A stretch of 62,043 nucleotides of DNA, filler included, from Catajapyx aquilonaris (Eukaryota): NCBI GenBank assembly GCA_000934665.2. It is 4 parts of 4 records of this genome, joined end to end, with 100 filler letters (N's around TTAATTAATTAA, not from the genome) between each part and the next. Parts side by side here need not be neighbours in the genome. Positions count along the whole stretch, not along the records: positions 1 to 15,428 come from KZ539694.1; 3 more parts are not named here. One strand, written 5' to 3'. The position numbers and the translations under genes are program-made. Below the pieces are notes generated by a model that was not told where the DNA came from, did no database searches, and saw only the letters and a program-made list of their open reading frames with translations. This document shows positions 1 to 14,892 of this stretch, piece after piece (within the stretch, counting starts at the first letter, position 1; each line of letters opens with the position of its first letter).

Positions 1-1722
1 ATGTTTTGCCTTTTCCAAGGCCAACCAGCCACAGCACACGGAAGGCGGCGAGTTTCGCGAATAAAAAAATTCGCCCTTGGTAAGTTCAAAGGCAGAAATT
101 TTTTTTGCGATGTTTTGGAGACAAAAGTCGACGCAATTATTGTCGTGTCAAGTGGTGATGTCACCTGGGCTCGTTTGCAAATTAATCCGGGAGCCTGAAG
201 CAATCTGGTTGTGCAAACCCATGGGAAAGGAAGGGAGTGTTTTTTTGCGAAAAAAAAATCCCGAAGGATTTGAACTCCGGTTAATTTTTAGCCAGAAAAA
301 GGCGAACTTGCAATTACGAGATTTGCAGTAGCGTTTGTCCCAATTCGATTCGACACGTTTTAGTGGTATTAGCGTCCTAGCGACTCTCTATAGTTTGGTC
401 TATAGTCTGAAACATAGTAACAACTTGTAGTTATAGCACTGAAATAATAGGTGATATTCAAACTGTAATTGATTTGATTCATCATGAGACAATCTGATAA
501 TAACATTTGTGAACATTATATTTATTATTAATTAAAATTAACAGCTTTTCATGGCATGAAAAGTGGTTAATTTTTTATTCATAATGAAGCAGTTACTTCC
601 AACAGTTACAGTTACAGATTTGTTTAAATATTTTGCAAATTTTAGTGGGGTATCAATATTATGATAGACACCTATAGGATGTGGAGGACAGCTTCAAGGT
701 GATGGAATATACCTGAAGGTGAAGACACCTGGAAAGATGTTGATCAGTGTTTTTGCTGAATAACCATCAGGGTCGGTCTCAGCAGGGATGGGCTTGGCTA
801 TACTAGGACAATGCTTAATATGGAAGGGTGTGTTCGAGTAGGCTGCAAATTAAGTCCAACCTAATATGGGTGTCATATTACATATGAACTAGGCTAATTT
901 GAATTTCAAACTGTATGTCCATTACCGGGTCTGGATAGGGGAAGTCTTTTGGGTTTGTTGTAGTAGTTATAACTACAACAAGTCCCCCTCAAAAAATTGG
1001 ACATGATAGGAAAGACAGAAAATCCTATGTTGCTGGCTCATTATTAATATTTTTAGGGCTAGGCAACATATTGGCCTTTGTGGAATTGTATGGCGACGAT
1101 ATAGTTATAGATGTGGGATAAATTGACACATGCGATGACTTTGATCGAAAAGATACCCTCCCACTCTTTCAAAAAAAAAAAAAACTCAAAAAAAGAGAGC
1201 CTTTTCTGTATTCCCGAGTCCCTTTCTGAAATTTGACTTGCTGATGTAATCTGGGTCTGGTTTTGGCTTGGAGACCGGATTATGGGTTACGGGACTTTTC
1301 AGAAGCTCTATTTTCTCTCTCGCCCGTTTCACCAAAACCTTTCCCCCCCAACACTTTTTCTCCCCCCTTCCCCCACACACAACTCAAATGAGATACAGCT
1401 GGGAGAGTTGGGGAGATACAGGTGATATAATTTTGACTCGTGGGAAAAAAACGGAAAATGCGACAGGCTGCGACGCACAAATAATCGCAGATCTGATTAG
1501 TTTACCTATAAAACGCTTATTCAACCTATAGTAAATGATATCATACACTGTATGTATGGGAGCATAACGCCTTGCACTCAGAGATATCTCTATATACGTA
1601 TATTATACGTATAGTATACATAAAGCAGAAAGTTTATCTGTACGGCACGGTATGTCCCGGTTGCCTAACACTTCTCGACTACTGAGAGTGCAGAAACTTG
1701 TTTCATATACAAATGAGACGGA

Positions 1723-1723
<1 letters not shown>

Positions 1724-1817
<94 letters not shown>
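1724..1817. repeat. (TTA)n microsatellite
   Basis: Uninterrupted TTA repeats; they explain the poly-L and poly-Y ORFs in the track. Confidence 0.98.
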
Positions 1818-4800
1818 CAAAATTATCATGTTGAAGAGCTGTCTGAGTGGATCAGACTGTTTATCGCGTCTATTTCTGTTAAAAAAACAAGCTGGCGTGA
1901 TACACTGTCACATCATCGCACCTTTTGATGCGATAAATAGACACTGTTGTGATGATAATTATACGGGTATAGGATAAACAAGAGTGGAGCCGGTTTCCTC
2001 GATTATTATACCGGCAGAGCAGCATCGAAGTGGCCATTAATTTACGGCATGCCAAATAGCACAAGGCCACTTCTCCTTGTTCTAAGCTGCGTATTTTCTC
2101 ATCTTAGGAACCTACCAGGCCCCGATGTTTAATTACAAATCTTCATTAGCGGAAGGGGGATAGCTTTTTTTTTCTTCTTCTTCTTAGTCAAAATATATCC
2201 AGAGGAACTTACCCGTAAATAAGCCCCCTACGGCGCCAAGCACCACCTGTTGTTGAGACCAGAGCTGATTACATGTTGAATTTGGAAACGGCCAAGCTTG
2301 CACAATTCCTCAGCTTAATGCAGAAACACAGCCCAAGTTTAGCTTTTGCCAATTTTAATTTATTAATTTATTTATTGTCGTCTTGTACTCCAGACAATTA
2401 TTACCAAGCCTGAAGGTGACTTTTGTTCTTATCTTGAGTGCAGTAGCAGATAAATTATGTGCAATGTTGATCCACATTGAGCTCTCTGTAGCTCCTTATA
2501 GTCTGTCCAGCTATTTAAATAGCATAAACCAACCAAGGCACATCGCAATTTTGTAGCGCTGCAAGCGACTACACTAATTTTCGATAAAAAAAATGGGAGA
2601 TTTTTTTTGTGTGCGTATCTGCTATTAAAATGCTAATCAGGTACTGCAACAATTCCCTGGTGTTTCATGCCATATTTTCACCCTCCAACAAAATTGCATA
2701 GCATTATTAACCAAATCAAGCCCTGCCTTATTGCACACCAGCAGTTAATTGCGTCCGTGACATTTTTTTTGGCGTGCAAAACGGAAACTCCTGAGGTAGG
2801 TTTAAATGACAGCAAAAGCACTTGTGCGACAATGAATCCCCGTAGTTCAAATAGAGAGTGAGTCGTGCAAAACCTAATTAATAGGATTGAGCGCCTGGTG
2901 TTTACCGGACGCCCAAATGCAGGGCAGTAACAATGTGGTAAATCCTATGGGTTGCACAATACAACATCCGCCCAAAGTAATGTCCGCTCGTCCCACGTAA
3001 AGCACACAAACGGTAGGGGGACAGTCGCGCACATGTCATCATCGCATCATGAGGCTCAACTGGAGCAATTGAAGCGATAACTGCGGACACCCTGCCACAT
3101 TCTCGCCATGTTTTATTCGACAATGGCAGGGACAGAAAATGGCCGCACGAACCACGTGTTAGGCTTTAGACTAGGCTTGAACCATGCTATGCCCAATAAG
3201 TAGTGAAATACATATAAAATTGGCATCGGTTTGTGCCTCTGTCCGCAGCATCTGTGTTGCCAAGTTTTGCTTTCGTTTAGGTAGACTTAGCCTAGCAGAA
3301 CATTTTACCTGCTAGAACAATGGCTTATTAAGTATCCATATCTATACATGTTGGGTATAGCGTTGGGTTGACCTGCCAGAGGACAATTAAAGGCGACGCG
3401 TCAGGTGTAAAAGCTTGGTAAGTTCCTCGTAAAGTCTTCAGGGCGGGTTTTCTCAGGGCCCAAATAAAATAGGTGCGAGATCTGGCTGATGTCAACTCCA
3501 TGTTTAAGGGATAAAGGCTTCACGACTCATAACCAGGTTTATCTGGGGACCTAACGAAATAAAGGGGGGGACTTCATAAACCTCTCCGGATGGCCAATTG
3601 GACTTTATATATCTTTGTCCACTAAAGAAACTTTACGAGCTTACGGGAGGCGCAATAAACAATCTAAAATATATTGTGAAACATGCTCGGATTTGACTTA
3701 CTCTATAATAATGAGAGCTGCTGGTGCAATTGTTGATTTTTTGAAAACAATTTTTCTGAGCAGGTTTGCCTTAGATGGCCCGCCCCCCTCACCATTATCG
3801 AAAATTTGGGTGTGGCCAGCCTTCGTGGTGTTACCGACAACCAGAAGCTGACAAAAGGCAGCAGAAAGTTGACTCAGGGGCGCATATTTTGTCGGCCATA
3901 TCCGTCCGAAAAATCCTGAGAGGGCGTTTCCAGCCTGGGTTTCCAAATGTGGATAGCCCCCGACAAAAGGCCCCTGCTTCCCATTACCAGGATTAAAATG
4001 GAGTGTGGCCAAAGAGGTAGGATGAAAAGACGAAGAAGGAAGAGGCACACACACAAAAAAAGATAGAAGAAGAAGAAGAAGAGGGGGAGAGGCTATAATT
4101 TCTTGGCGTTCATATATAGATGGTTCTAAAGCCAACCTTCAGAAAGAAAGAGAAAAAAAAGTCTCGTGTGACCTTCCCAGCCCCCAAGCAGTGTCATTAG
4201 TTCTGGTTTGTCGTGTCTACAACTAATTTTGACTGTGATGGATGGCATTCTTGCAAGATGGACCGATTTATATAAGTGGATATCCTTATTACACGTGGCA
4301 CATGTTATGCGCAGATATTAATTGCAATGAACTCTGAAGGGGGCTTGCCACGTGCTTTAAAAAGGCGCAAATTGATAAAACCCTTTGTTGAATGAAGACA
4401 AACATTGATGCCTCCCAGAGAGCTTTTCTCTTACTAATTAGTTTCAGAAAATTGCTCAAAAATTAATTCAAATCAGTTCATATAAAGACAGTTATCCTCT
4501 AGCAACCTGGACAGAAAATGCAACTAACTGCCTATTGTAAATTATATATTTGATACTAGGGAGGTCTTAGCATTGCTGAAAAAATTACTACATTCATGTG
4601 TCATTTAGTGTTGTAGTTAGAGCATGTACACATACGTGGACATTAGGTTGGAAGAAAAATAATAATTATTATTCAGTTTGTTTGTCCAGGTTTGGTTACC
4701 TTTTTTTTTGGCACATATACATAGTGTATCGTATGACTCGTATGAGCAAAAACAGCCCTGAGCAGCCGTTCACGTCCGATTTGAACCCGACTTGATTACA

Positions 4801-7800
4801 AAAGCAATCCAATCCGGTGACTTTTGGCCCCGGGGCGCCCGTAAGATTACTTCCGTTGGACACAATACCCGCTTTAGCTGGCCACCCAAACAAAATGCTT
4901 ACGGGCATAGAAAAAAGAAGCATAATTTTTTGTATATAGGTTGCATTTTTGCCAATCAATATTTTGCACACTAACCCACATTTGGCCCGTTCACATAACT
5001 CCTCGCATGTCCTTTTCCACCCACATCACTTACCCTCATTCACTTCCTGCATGCACATGTAACCCTTCTAACCTTGAAATTACGTACTTTTTATTGCACT
5101 GCAACCCCCGGGCCACATCTTGTGTATGACTCACATTGAGGGAGTCATGGCTCCAGCTTGACGTGCTGTTTTTTCGCGAATTCTCCAATTTTTAAGGCGG
5201 TGAATGGCGGAGAGTGTCACATGTTGACATGTACACCCCTTAGGCGGCGGGACTAATATTGTCGTCGGTTAATTAGATGTGGGCTACCTGAGGCTATTAC
5301 CGATGTGATTAGCGTGCAAAAAATGCGGTAATTAGGGAGTGACGTAACAAGCCAAAGTTGTGTAGGATCCGCCTATTTATGTAATTATTGTAATGAGTCT
5401 GTGTGGAGCCTACAATTTACACAAAAAAGGCTTCAAAAATGTTGCTTAATCTAGCTCTATCCAAAATGAAAAAAAAATATATACAGTATAACTCCGGATT
5501 TTGCTGAGTTATGTGCCACATTTTTATTGTGTTTACAAATCCGCTGATTCATATAACTACCTTTGGAAATGATCAGATCCATACGATAGACTTAACCCCC
5601 CCCCCCCNNNNNNNNNNNNNNNNNNNNNNNNNNNNNTTTTTTTGATCGATGCTCGTATCAACCTAACTTTCAACTTTTGTACAGTAACTTTCATTTTATT
5701 ACAGTGTTTCTACGAAACTAGAACACTTTTTGCACTGTACGCTCTATAGTCAGCAATAGTGATACAAAGTAATAGTTTGTACCTACTTGCTGTGTTTTAC
5801 ATGCTTTTTGTCCACATGAATTTTATTTTGGAAGTTTATTTTGACCATCTCACGTTCCATGGAAATTATTATGTACTAGCGCACCCGTAGCCAAAATTTG
5901 GCAAGGTGGCAGCACTCACCAGAGGCCCTTCCATCTTTCCGCCGCGATCAGAAGGTGGCAGCACTCGCACCAGGCGTTCCAGAGGCGAAAGAATAAGGAT
6001 ATTATTATAGGGGGAATTACATATTCGTATTATAAACAAGTACTTTCCTCTCAGGCTTTTGTCACGTAATAAGTTACCGGTACAGTACATGACTCAAATT
6101 ATGGTAAACAGTAGTATACAGAAAAAAACATGACTGTAGCCTACTGTTTATCGTAATTTGCGTTAACCCCGATTCAGCTTGTTACCCCCGCCCCCCTTTT
6201 TGGTCACTAACTCCACACACATTGTTGTCGAAAAATTCTAACCATGCACACAATTCAATGCACTTTCATGCGTAAATGTGAGCGTAAACTATGTGTCAAG
6301 TATACCTATAGTGGCTGGAAGTGTATCGGACAAAAAAAATAAATTCTGGCAGTACCGAACGTGACCACAACAAGTGCGTTGCGTTGATTGGTGCATTAAT
6401 GCGTCGGCGATTAGTTTTTTTTTCATCCCCCCCCTTCCCATAGCAATTGCGATAAAGGCAGGAACTTAATTAGGTGAGAGGGATTTTGGCGATAGGAGGA
6501 GAGGGGGGGTTAAAAAAAACTATGCTGTCAGCATTTTGATGAAGTTTGGAGTGGAGTACACTGTACATAGTTCACTGCGAACCGGAAATTTGAAGTGGAC
6601 TCGATAGAATGAATGATTGGCCCGAAGCAAAAACAAAAGTCCAGCATGTTTTTTTGGAGTGGGCCCGCTTTTTTTGGGAGAGGAAAAAAAAACCGTGGGA
6701 TTCACTAACTTCGCAGTTCGCCTTGTGTCAACAACTAACAATGTTGCTAACATTTTTTTTTGCAATGCGAAATATCATGAAACCCCGGAAGACCAATCAA
6801 AAGCTGGGGAAATCCAACAGCTTTCAGTTCGTGGAATATTTTGGTTATTATTATTTTTTTGTAGTGAAAAATCGAACTTAGAGTGAGGTCATGATGACTC
6901 AGTGTTCTTCCCCCCACTGGTTTCATTTCAGATATATCTCAACGATCTCAAGGTCAGAATGGGCGAAAGTGTGTAGTCTACTGCGTCGTTTTCGAATCGA
7001 TGATGAATATTTTATAGCAGGCGCTCTAATTGACGTTGGACATGACACATATTTGGAACCATGAGGTAGTTTCAAATATGATAGTTAATCAAATCTGACA
7101 GGTGAGTCAAAAGTTTGTGAGTCTACAGAGTGCGTGACACTGTATCATGAGACAGGTGGGTTAAATAAATAAATAAATGAAAGGGCTAAATTGCGTATAA
7201 TTTTATATAGGCTACGATATTAAAATGTATACATTTTAATAATATATGTTTTTTGAAATTGTAACTTCTAATTAAAAGTGGAATTGAAAATAAATGCGTA
7301 AAATAAATGTAAACTATAATTTGTATTAAAATTTAAAATGAGAGTAAATTTTATTAATGTAACAACTACAATTAAAAAGTTAAAGCTGACTTGAGAAAAT
7401 GCTGAAAAAATCCTTCAAATTGAATTTCTTTACTGCCGACCTGTAAAATATTTTTTATTTCAAACTATAATCCTCAGAAGTTATGTAGACCTTTCAGGTT
7501 AGCCAATATTCAGAGAGTGAGGTTTTGAGAGGATCTAGTTACAGTGCTTCTTCCTCCCCCCAAAGTGCTTTGTACAAATAGCTTCAGCATACTGTGCACT
7601 GTAGTTTGGGGTGTAACTTCTTGACCCTTGGGGATCTCCCAAACTTTGTGGCCATATCCCCGGGATTGTATTCCAACCTGGCGGCGGTGTGACTTTGCCT
7701 TGCTTCTCTGCTGCCTCTCTCGGAATCAATAACATTGAAATGTTCGCAATGTCTCGAAGAAGAAGAAACTTCAGGGGAAGAGAAGAGAGACAGGATGCTG

Positions 7801-10800
7801 CTTGGAAAGGGGGGCGTCAATCAATTTTCTGAGAGCTGACGACACTCAGGCTATATTCTTTGTTTGGAATTTTTGGGGAGGAAATATTATTCAAATGTGA
7901 GATTACCTCCGTTGATTGCATATTTTGGAGCAAAAACATGTAATTGGTTACACAGGTGGCTACACCTTAATTTTGCAATTTTCAGGAGAAAAATATCTAA
8001 CAATACGGTCTATAAAGGTCGTTTTGTTGTCTGATGGGTCACATCCTCTTATCGGAGCAGACGAACATTTCCTGTAGGGATTTGGAATAATTCCGCGAAT
8101 CCAACTGTGAATCTTAATTATATTTTAATCGCCCATTGTTTAATCTGGGAATTGCGGCAACCCGCAGCGCATTTTCCGCTATACCATGCAGAACAATACA
8201 TGCCTGCAAGTAGACCTGTTGTTTATTTATTTATTTATTTGCAAGCAACGGAAAGCGTTCTTCACATGACCCGGTGCAGATCTGAATTTATGACATATGG
8301 TAACCAAACCTGGACAAAACAAGCAAGCAAACAAACTTTCACTTATTTATATAAAACGATTGATTTGTTTTAATTATTTTTATGCCCATACCTGATATCT
8401 ACGATATATTTGCTTAATTTTTAACATATTGCACGACCCAATAGGCGTAATACCACATTAGAGCCCATAAATCTGACGCAAACAATGCGCGCGGTCGCCA
8501 TGTTGGTCCCCTGACGTAACCGACCGATAAGCAAAAAAATTGCGTGGATCGCACTTTCCACGCATTTCCTGTAAATTCGCACCCGGATTCATTTCCACGT
8601 AACTCATTTCCCATCCGGATCCATAGTGCGTAAGTGTATTGGCAGTAGGGGGGGTCCTGGCCACAAATAAAAGGGCCCCCCTAGTCGTTATGCGTGAGAG
8701 CTAACGCTGGTTAATTGTGATTCCCATGCTCATTGGCTTGTTTAGAGTTGAGAGAGCCAGGAGAGGTGGAGGGGTTGGGGGGGGTTTTGCGGAAAACTCT
8801 GGTCGCATCTCCAGATTGACATTGTAATTTGGTGTCCCTCTATGGCGCTCTTCCATGTGGGTTGCTGATTGGGGTTGGGGAGTAATTTAATGCCATCGCT
8901 CCAGGGAATAGGCGCCACTCTCTCTCTACCTCTCTTTTTTTCCCCCATCCAACCCATATATATTTACCCGTGGGTTGGAAAAGAAGCTGATGAGGATGGG
9001 ATGGATGAATGAGGGGACGAGAGCACAATGGACCAGGGATGCTATTGGAATGGATGGCAATTACGCACACTCTTCATCCAGAGGGACTCACGTGTCCCAT
9101 TACGTATAATAAAAAAACGGGAAAATATATTTAATATAATATAAATTAATCAACATGTAAACACCCAATTTAATTTATTATGTGATTTGGTTTATGTAAA
9201 TTTTACGATCTGCTGATACTTTCAGTGCCATATATATAGACTAGTCTATAGAGAAAGAGATGTGAGACGGAAGTGGAGGCGTGAGTGCCTCTGTCTCTCG
9301 GTGGAGCAACTTGTGCCCATTAGGGTAGGGCGTGGAAGTGACAAGGAAGGGAGACCCAGGCAGCCAGATTCGCAAGGGAACGACATTATTTTGGTCGGAG
9401 CCAGGTTTGCACTAGAAGCAGTCGAGGGAACTGGCGTCACTTTTAATTAAAATGTAAATCACAACATACTCTCTTGTATATATACCAGTTTGGGTTTTCA
9501 GACTTTCTCTCCTCTTCCTCTCGACCCATGACACTCGCAGAAAATGTGGTCTTGTAAGTATCGGTCCGCGTGTGTGTGTATATATACAGTACTGGATTTG
9601 CGGGATTTCCAAATGGTCTGGAAATGTCACTCGAGGGACTTTGAGTTGTTACAAAGGTCTTAAGCAGATATACGCACTGCCCCAACTTTACACTATTTTG
9701 GCAGAAAAGAAGATCAAGTTAAGGACTGTCCACTCCAGCAACACAGTTGCTGGAGGAATAAACAATTCCTAAATTATAGTCGAGAGCTATCAGCCGCTAA
9801 TTAACTAATAACTTGCCGACAAAAATGTTGCAAGTTTCCTAAGTGCTTTGCAGCCAAACTTCCAACAAAAGTTTGCAACCAACCAGCAACTGACACACTG
9901 AAACATGTACAGAGTACAGTGACTCGCAATAAATTCTATAGAAGCGAGCATGAAAACTTGATCAATACATCCGAAAATGCGACGCAATTCCCTCGTACTG
10001 CAACAATGCTCTGCCTACTAACATCCTCATATTAACCCCTTTATTTATTTTTTAAATGAGATGCTAATATCACATATTATAATGAGTTTGGTACTAACTA
10101 AATTTTTTCTGGCTTATAACTAATATTAGTAGCTACCGGGTTCACCAATAAGCAGCTTAGTGCCCTACTTTTAATAAGGTGAGACAATCCACAACAGGCA
10201 TTACTAACAATTGTGCAACAATTGTGCGCCAGTACAAGACATAAGCTTTTCCGCATAATACTAGCAATAGGAAACTGCGCCGAAAATTTCGGGGACATTA
10301 CACCCCCCTGACCTCTCCCCTCTCCCCCACTCTAGTACTACTACCCTGCAAAATTTTCTGCGACGCAAAACAGAGGGTTGTTCGCCCTGGAAATCGCTGC
10401 AGCCCCCCCCCCCCCTGCCCCCTTTCCCCTACCACCCTCACTTTTGCCATTATTGGCATCGAAGCGAGTGAGGCGCCGGCGCCTGGAGCCTTTTACCCGG
10501 CTCCAGAGGGGGGCAGGGGGTTAGGAGGAGATGGGGATGGGGTGGGTGGGGTTGGAGTCGGCGCAACTGCCGGCCCAGGGGTGACCTTGACCGTGAAAAA
10601 GGCCCGGAAATAACCCCTCCCCCACCACTCTCTACCCCCGTACCCTCCAAGCGCAGTAATCAATGGACGCCGAGCGTCCTCTTCCCCTACAGAAATATAG
10701 GCGATGGAAGTGTCGTAGGCTAGTTTCATCACATTTCCTTCACTATATTAAAGAGATATGTCATCCTTCACACTAATCTCCTTATTCTGTCTGTCTGCTT

Positions 10801-13800
10801 ATATGTCACTTATATAGGTAGTAGTTTCCCCGTTCAACAATATTAGAGGACATATAGGGGTCAGAGAGGGGGGGACCCAGTTCAAGGCGAGACACTGGTG
10901 GGCTTTGTCCGCGCGGTGACTCATCACCAACGTGAATGTAGTACTACTTTCCCCCTAAGCACGGCAGGAGTGAGCAGTTTTGAAGCACTATTAATCACTT
11001 TTCTTACTTTCTCTGGCTGGACAAGGTCGAGGTCAGGATGTCACTTACCGGATGGCATTGAGGACAAAATGCGGAAGATATGTCGTGAATGTCATCTGGT
11101 CTGAAGGCAATCTATCGTAATGGACAAGGTCAATTTGACAAATTGACATTTTTCCCCCCTGACAAACAGCATTCACCTTGCTAAAGTGCTGGTTTGTCTA
11201 GAAATCTGCAGAAAAATCCGACAACTATTTTTCATATAATTTATTTAGAAATTGGACATACAATGTAATACATACACACTCCATTTCCAAGTACAACAAA
11301 ATCGTTGAACATGCTACAGTGTAATGTCTATATAGTGCGCGCGTTTTCGCCAAAATGTGGGGTCGATAGTATTCGCCAGATTGTGCCGTTTGCACCCATT
11401 TAATAGCCCTGATGTTTTGAGCTGATTCAGTTTCGCACAGAACCCAAAGAATTGTGCACATTTTCTTTTTTTGTGCATGTTTACGTACCGCAAATAAGCC
11501 TGTGGCTTAGTTCAATTCAGGCCTACAGAAAGTTGAACTCTTGATTTGTGAAGCCGATATGCTTGTGCAAATACATGTTGGGCGGAGGTATATACCGGAC
11601 ACGACTGGATGAACATGCACGTAACACATGTGTAACCATGCATATTACGGCAAGAATAACCAAGCTTGTTTTTACACTGCACTTTCCGCTTCACTATATA
11701 CGCCACAGGGTGACCTTTTAATAATCTGAATTAGTTGACAATAGCTTGACAATAGTTGAGTGGCTAAAAAAAGCAGTTTGCCAAAATGCAGGCTTCAGAC
11801 ACACAGTTACTGAACAATTCAATTTTTTTTTTTGGGGGGGGGGGCGATGTTATGTATGATATTAGCTTCTATTGTTACGTAAGAAAAATGCCTTCAATTT
11901 TGCAACGAGGTTACGTCCGAAAGCCACGATCAGCAGAAATTCGGCCGATCCTTCATTTTCGGGAGATACAAATCTGAAAGAACTAGTCAGGTTAAAAGAC
12001 AGGCGGTCTCATAAAATCGACAACAACCCAGGAGGGGGGAAAAAAGAGCCAAAAAACCCGGAACCGACCACGATACTACAAATTGATTTTTCTTTTGCTC
12101 TCTCCCTCTCTCCTTGTCAATATCCGGATTGGTCCCTTAGGTATATAGCAAATCTAACGAATAGCTATTTGATCGCATGGCTATCAGACTGACAGCTCTG
12201 AAACAACTTGGGGACACTTAAAAATGGCCTTCCACGGAAATTTTCTTTAACTTTTGGCAATTATTTTGTGCAGACAATTTTAAAAATAACTGTTAAAAAT
12301 GCAAGCAGCTGACACAACTGTGTAGGCCTACATATGGATATAATATGTAATGAAAATTTCGCATCGAAAAATGTTATGTTCTGTGTAAGTTATGGGTAGG
12401 TTTTTATATTGCAAATACCAGTACATAATAAGTGTGTTTTAACAGACTACGTCCATTTTCATCCGAGCTCAAAAAAAAGGTGCGCACATATGTGTGAGTA
12501 TATGTGAAAGATCACGCCAATTTTCCAGTGTTTCTACAGCTCCACTTACACGTACACTCTCTAGAAAAAAAAAATTTAAAAAATAATAATAAATGGGAGG
12601 GGGGAAAACATGAAAACAACTTTATCGTTTTTATTATTTTTTCCCCCTCCCATTTCTTTTTTACTTTTTAAAGTAAAGTGCACTTATGACTGATTGGTGG
12701 AGAAGATAACGCTGAGTTCAGTTCGCGCCATCTTTTGGACTCTGATGGAGTCAGGGCTGAGCTGAGAACAGGCGGGCGACATCTGTGCAATTTTTTTTCC
12801 AACAGTGTTGTTTTGAGTTCTACGTTTCGATAATAGTTAAACGGTATAAAACTGAAAAAATAGGTTAATATTAATACTACCTAATAACATCAAAAATAGT
12901 AATATCCACACTTAATAATAGCTAATAATAGTTAATTAAGGTAGCTAACAGGTAGCAATAACAGTTAATTAAGAGTTAATGATAGTTAATTAATAATAAG
13001 TAAATAGGTTATACAGTATATTAATATAATATTATATTATATCAAGTCAATTGCAACAGTGCAGGAATTAATTCAAATCACGAGGCTATTATTTAATGAA
13101 GTTATAGTGACGAAAAAATTTAATAAAGCATTATTAAACACAGTGGAGTAAAAATAATAATCATGTATTCACAAAGCAAAATAATTTCACTGCATAGTAA
13201 TAATGCATCATTGTTGTTGCTATGACAGGAGACGTGTGACGCAAACTGGAAGGAGAAAACAGGCGTGCTTTTAGGGCGTCGTTGTGTAAATAAATAATTT
13301 AGATGACTTACCTAGGAAGTGCCGAATGTGTATGTCGCCAGTGCCGATGTGGTGACGTTGAAAGAGATTTCCATCACAATCAGGAGAAGCAACTAACCGC
13401 ATAATTATGCAGCGAGGAGCAATGTTTTATGAATAACATTAGAGCAAGGTGCGACAAAGTCATAACCTCCTTATTGTTTATTAAATAAGTTAGGATATTA
13501 CCATTCTGTAAGACATTCTCTCGGGAGTATGAAGCAGCCTCTGCACTTAGACGACTTACTCTGGGGTAGAATTGATTATCCATTGCGTCAGTGCTGGTAT
13601 ACTATATAATATATTATTTATAGACACGTGGAATCTGAAGTGCACTGTAGACATGAAATTACGGAGCATACACGACAGCAATTCACCATTTATTGTAGAA
13701 GTTATATAATATAATATTATGAATCACTAGTCATTGTATAACCCCCATTATTTCACTGTTGATTGTATTATACTTTACGAGGTGTACAGTAATCTTTACG

Positions 13801-14041
13801 GGAAGTAGTAATGGTTTGTCAAAGGAATCAGAGGGTTCATTGGATAAGACTTTATTTCCATTAAAAATATTCCTTTGTGTCGCATGTTTTGACATGTTAT
13901 AGGCTACTGGACAATAAAATAGCAAATCCTTGGTTGATGTCTGATTGTTGATACACCTGTAGCAGCTGTAGGAATAAAACAATTTAAATTAGTTTCTGCG
14001 GAATCTTTGAGACATGTTTATGCTTCTTAATTACCTTTCAA

Positions 14042-14202
14042 TTACTTGTACATCATTGGTGCTCCATACCCCATACCCCCCCCATACCCGCCCATACCCA
14101 TGCCTGGAGCAACAACGATTGGTCGAACAATAGGAGCAGGAGCAGGAGCAGCTTGTTGTATAATTGTAGTAGTTGAGGGTCTACGATGGCCAAAGAGAAA
14201 TC
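14042..14202 (-). CDS. Small secreted prepropeptide, exon 3 (R/FLFGHRRP...GGYGGGMGYGAPMMYK*)
   Basis: TTTCTTAG acceptor completes the phase-1 codon AGA; Pro/Ala-rich then Gly/Tyr/Met-rich frame to TAA; AATAAA at 13694-13689. Confidence 0.85.
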
Positions 14203-14341
14203 CTAAGAAATTGAATACAAAAAAGACGTTAAAAATCAAAAGACATTCATACTGTAATATAAGTTAAGTGGAAAAATCCATATTTTTCCTGACAATTCTT
14301 GCTCAAATCAAGTGGAGTAATTTGAAACTCAAAATATTTTA

Positions 14342-14643
14342 GGGAGGCGGAGTGGTGCAGCAGTAACGTATGCACCCATGGATGTTAAGGTCCCGGGTTC
14401 GAACCCAGCCCGGGGTTCCCCCCTTCATCTCGTGCAGAGTTGGGCCATCTCTGGCTTCGTCTCGGGTGGAAATTTCCGCTAGACTAATTCACCCGGGGGA
14501 GTTCACAAAATGACCAATATGCGACATTGCACTTGCACTTTGCACATCCCCTCCTACTTACCCTTGGAACAATTATTAACATACAGTATTATATGGTTCC
14601 AAAAATGGTGGTATTTCACTCCTCTACGGGGTACAATAAAAAA
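14342..14643 (+). mobile_element. tRNA-derived SINE (family A) in intron 2 of the prepropeptide gene
   Basis: Pol III A box (TGGTGCAGCAG) and B box (GGTTCGAACCC), shared GACATTGCACTTGCAC core, A tail, flanking repeat AAACTCAAAATATTTTAGG. Confidence 0.9.
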
Positions 14644-14693
14644 AAACTCAAAATATTTTAGGATATCGCTGAGTTTGATTCAAAATTTCTTAC

Positions 14694-14778
14694 TAGTTTC
14701 GAGCTCTGGTTCTGGATCATCCGCATTGGGCGCCGGAGCACCCATGGCGGAGACCACTAGGCATGCAATCACAAATAG
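14694..14778 (-). CDS. Small secreted prepropeptide, exon 2 (signal peptide core and acidic propiece, LFVIACLVVSAMGAPAPNADDPEPELET)
   Basis: TTTATTTTTCAG acceptor after a 61-nt intron; GTAAGA donor in phase 1; hydrophobic stretch followed by small residues. Confidence 0.85.
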
Positions 14779-14839
14779 CTGAAAAATAAAATGTGAAAAG
14801 GTTTACGTCACCTGAAATAACTGACTCTAATGGACTTAC

Positions 14840-14857
14840 TCTCAGTCGTCCACCCAT
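14840..14857 (-). CDS. Small secreted prepropeptide, exon 1 (MGGRLR)
   Basis: AAAATG start, GTAAGT donor at 14839-14834, TATAAA about 40 nt upstream; joins exon 2 in phase 0. Confidence 0.85.
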
Positions 14858-14892
14858 TTTTGGTATGAACACGATAATAATTCCTGGGTTGA

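Noticed and set aside
1652..1928. Poly-Leu and poly-Tyr ORFs
   Set aside because: Translation of the (TTA)n microsatellite.
5874..5910. CTAG plus short hairpin resembling a Helitron 3' end
   Set aside because: No matching 5' end or second copy identified; too short to support.
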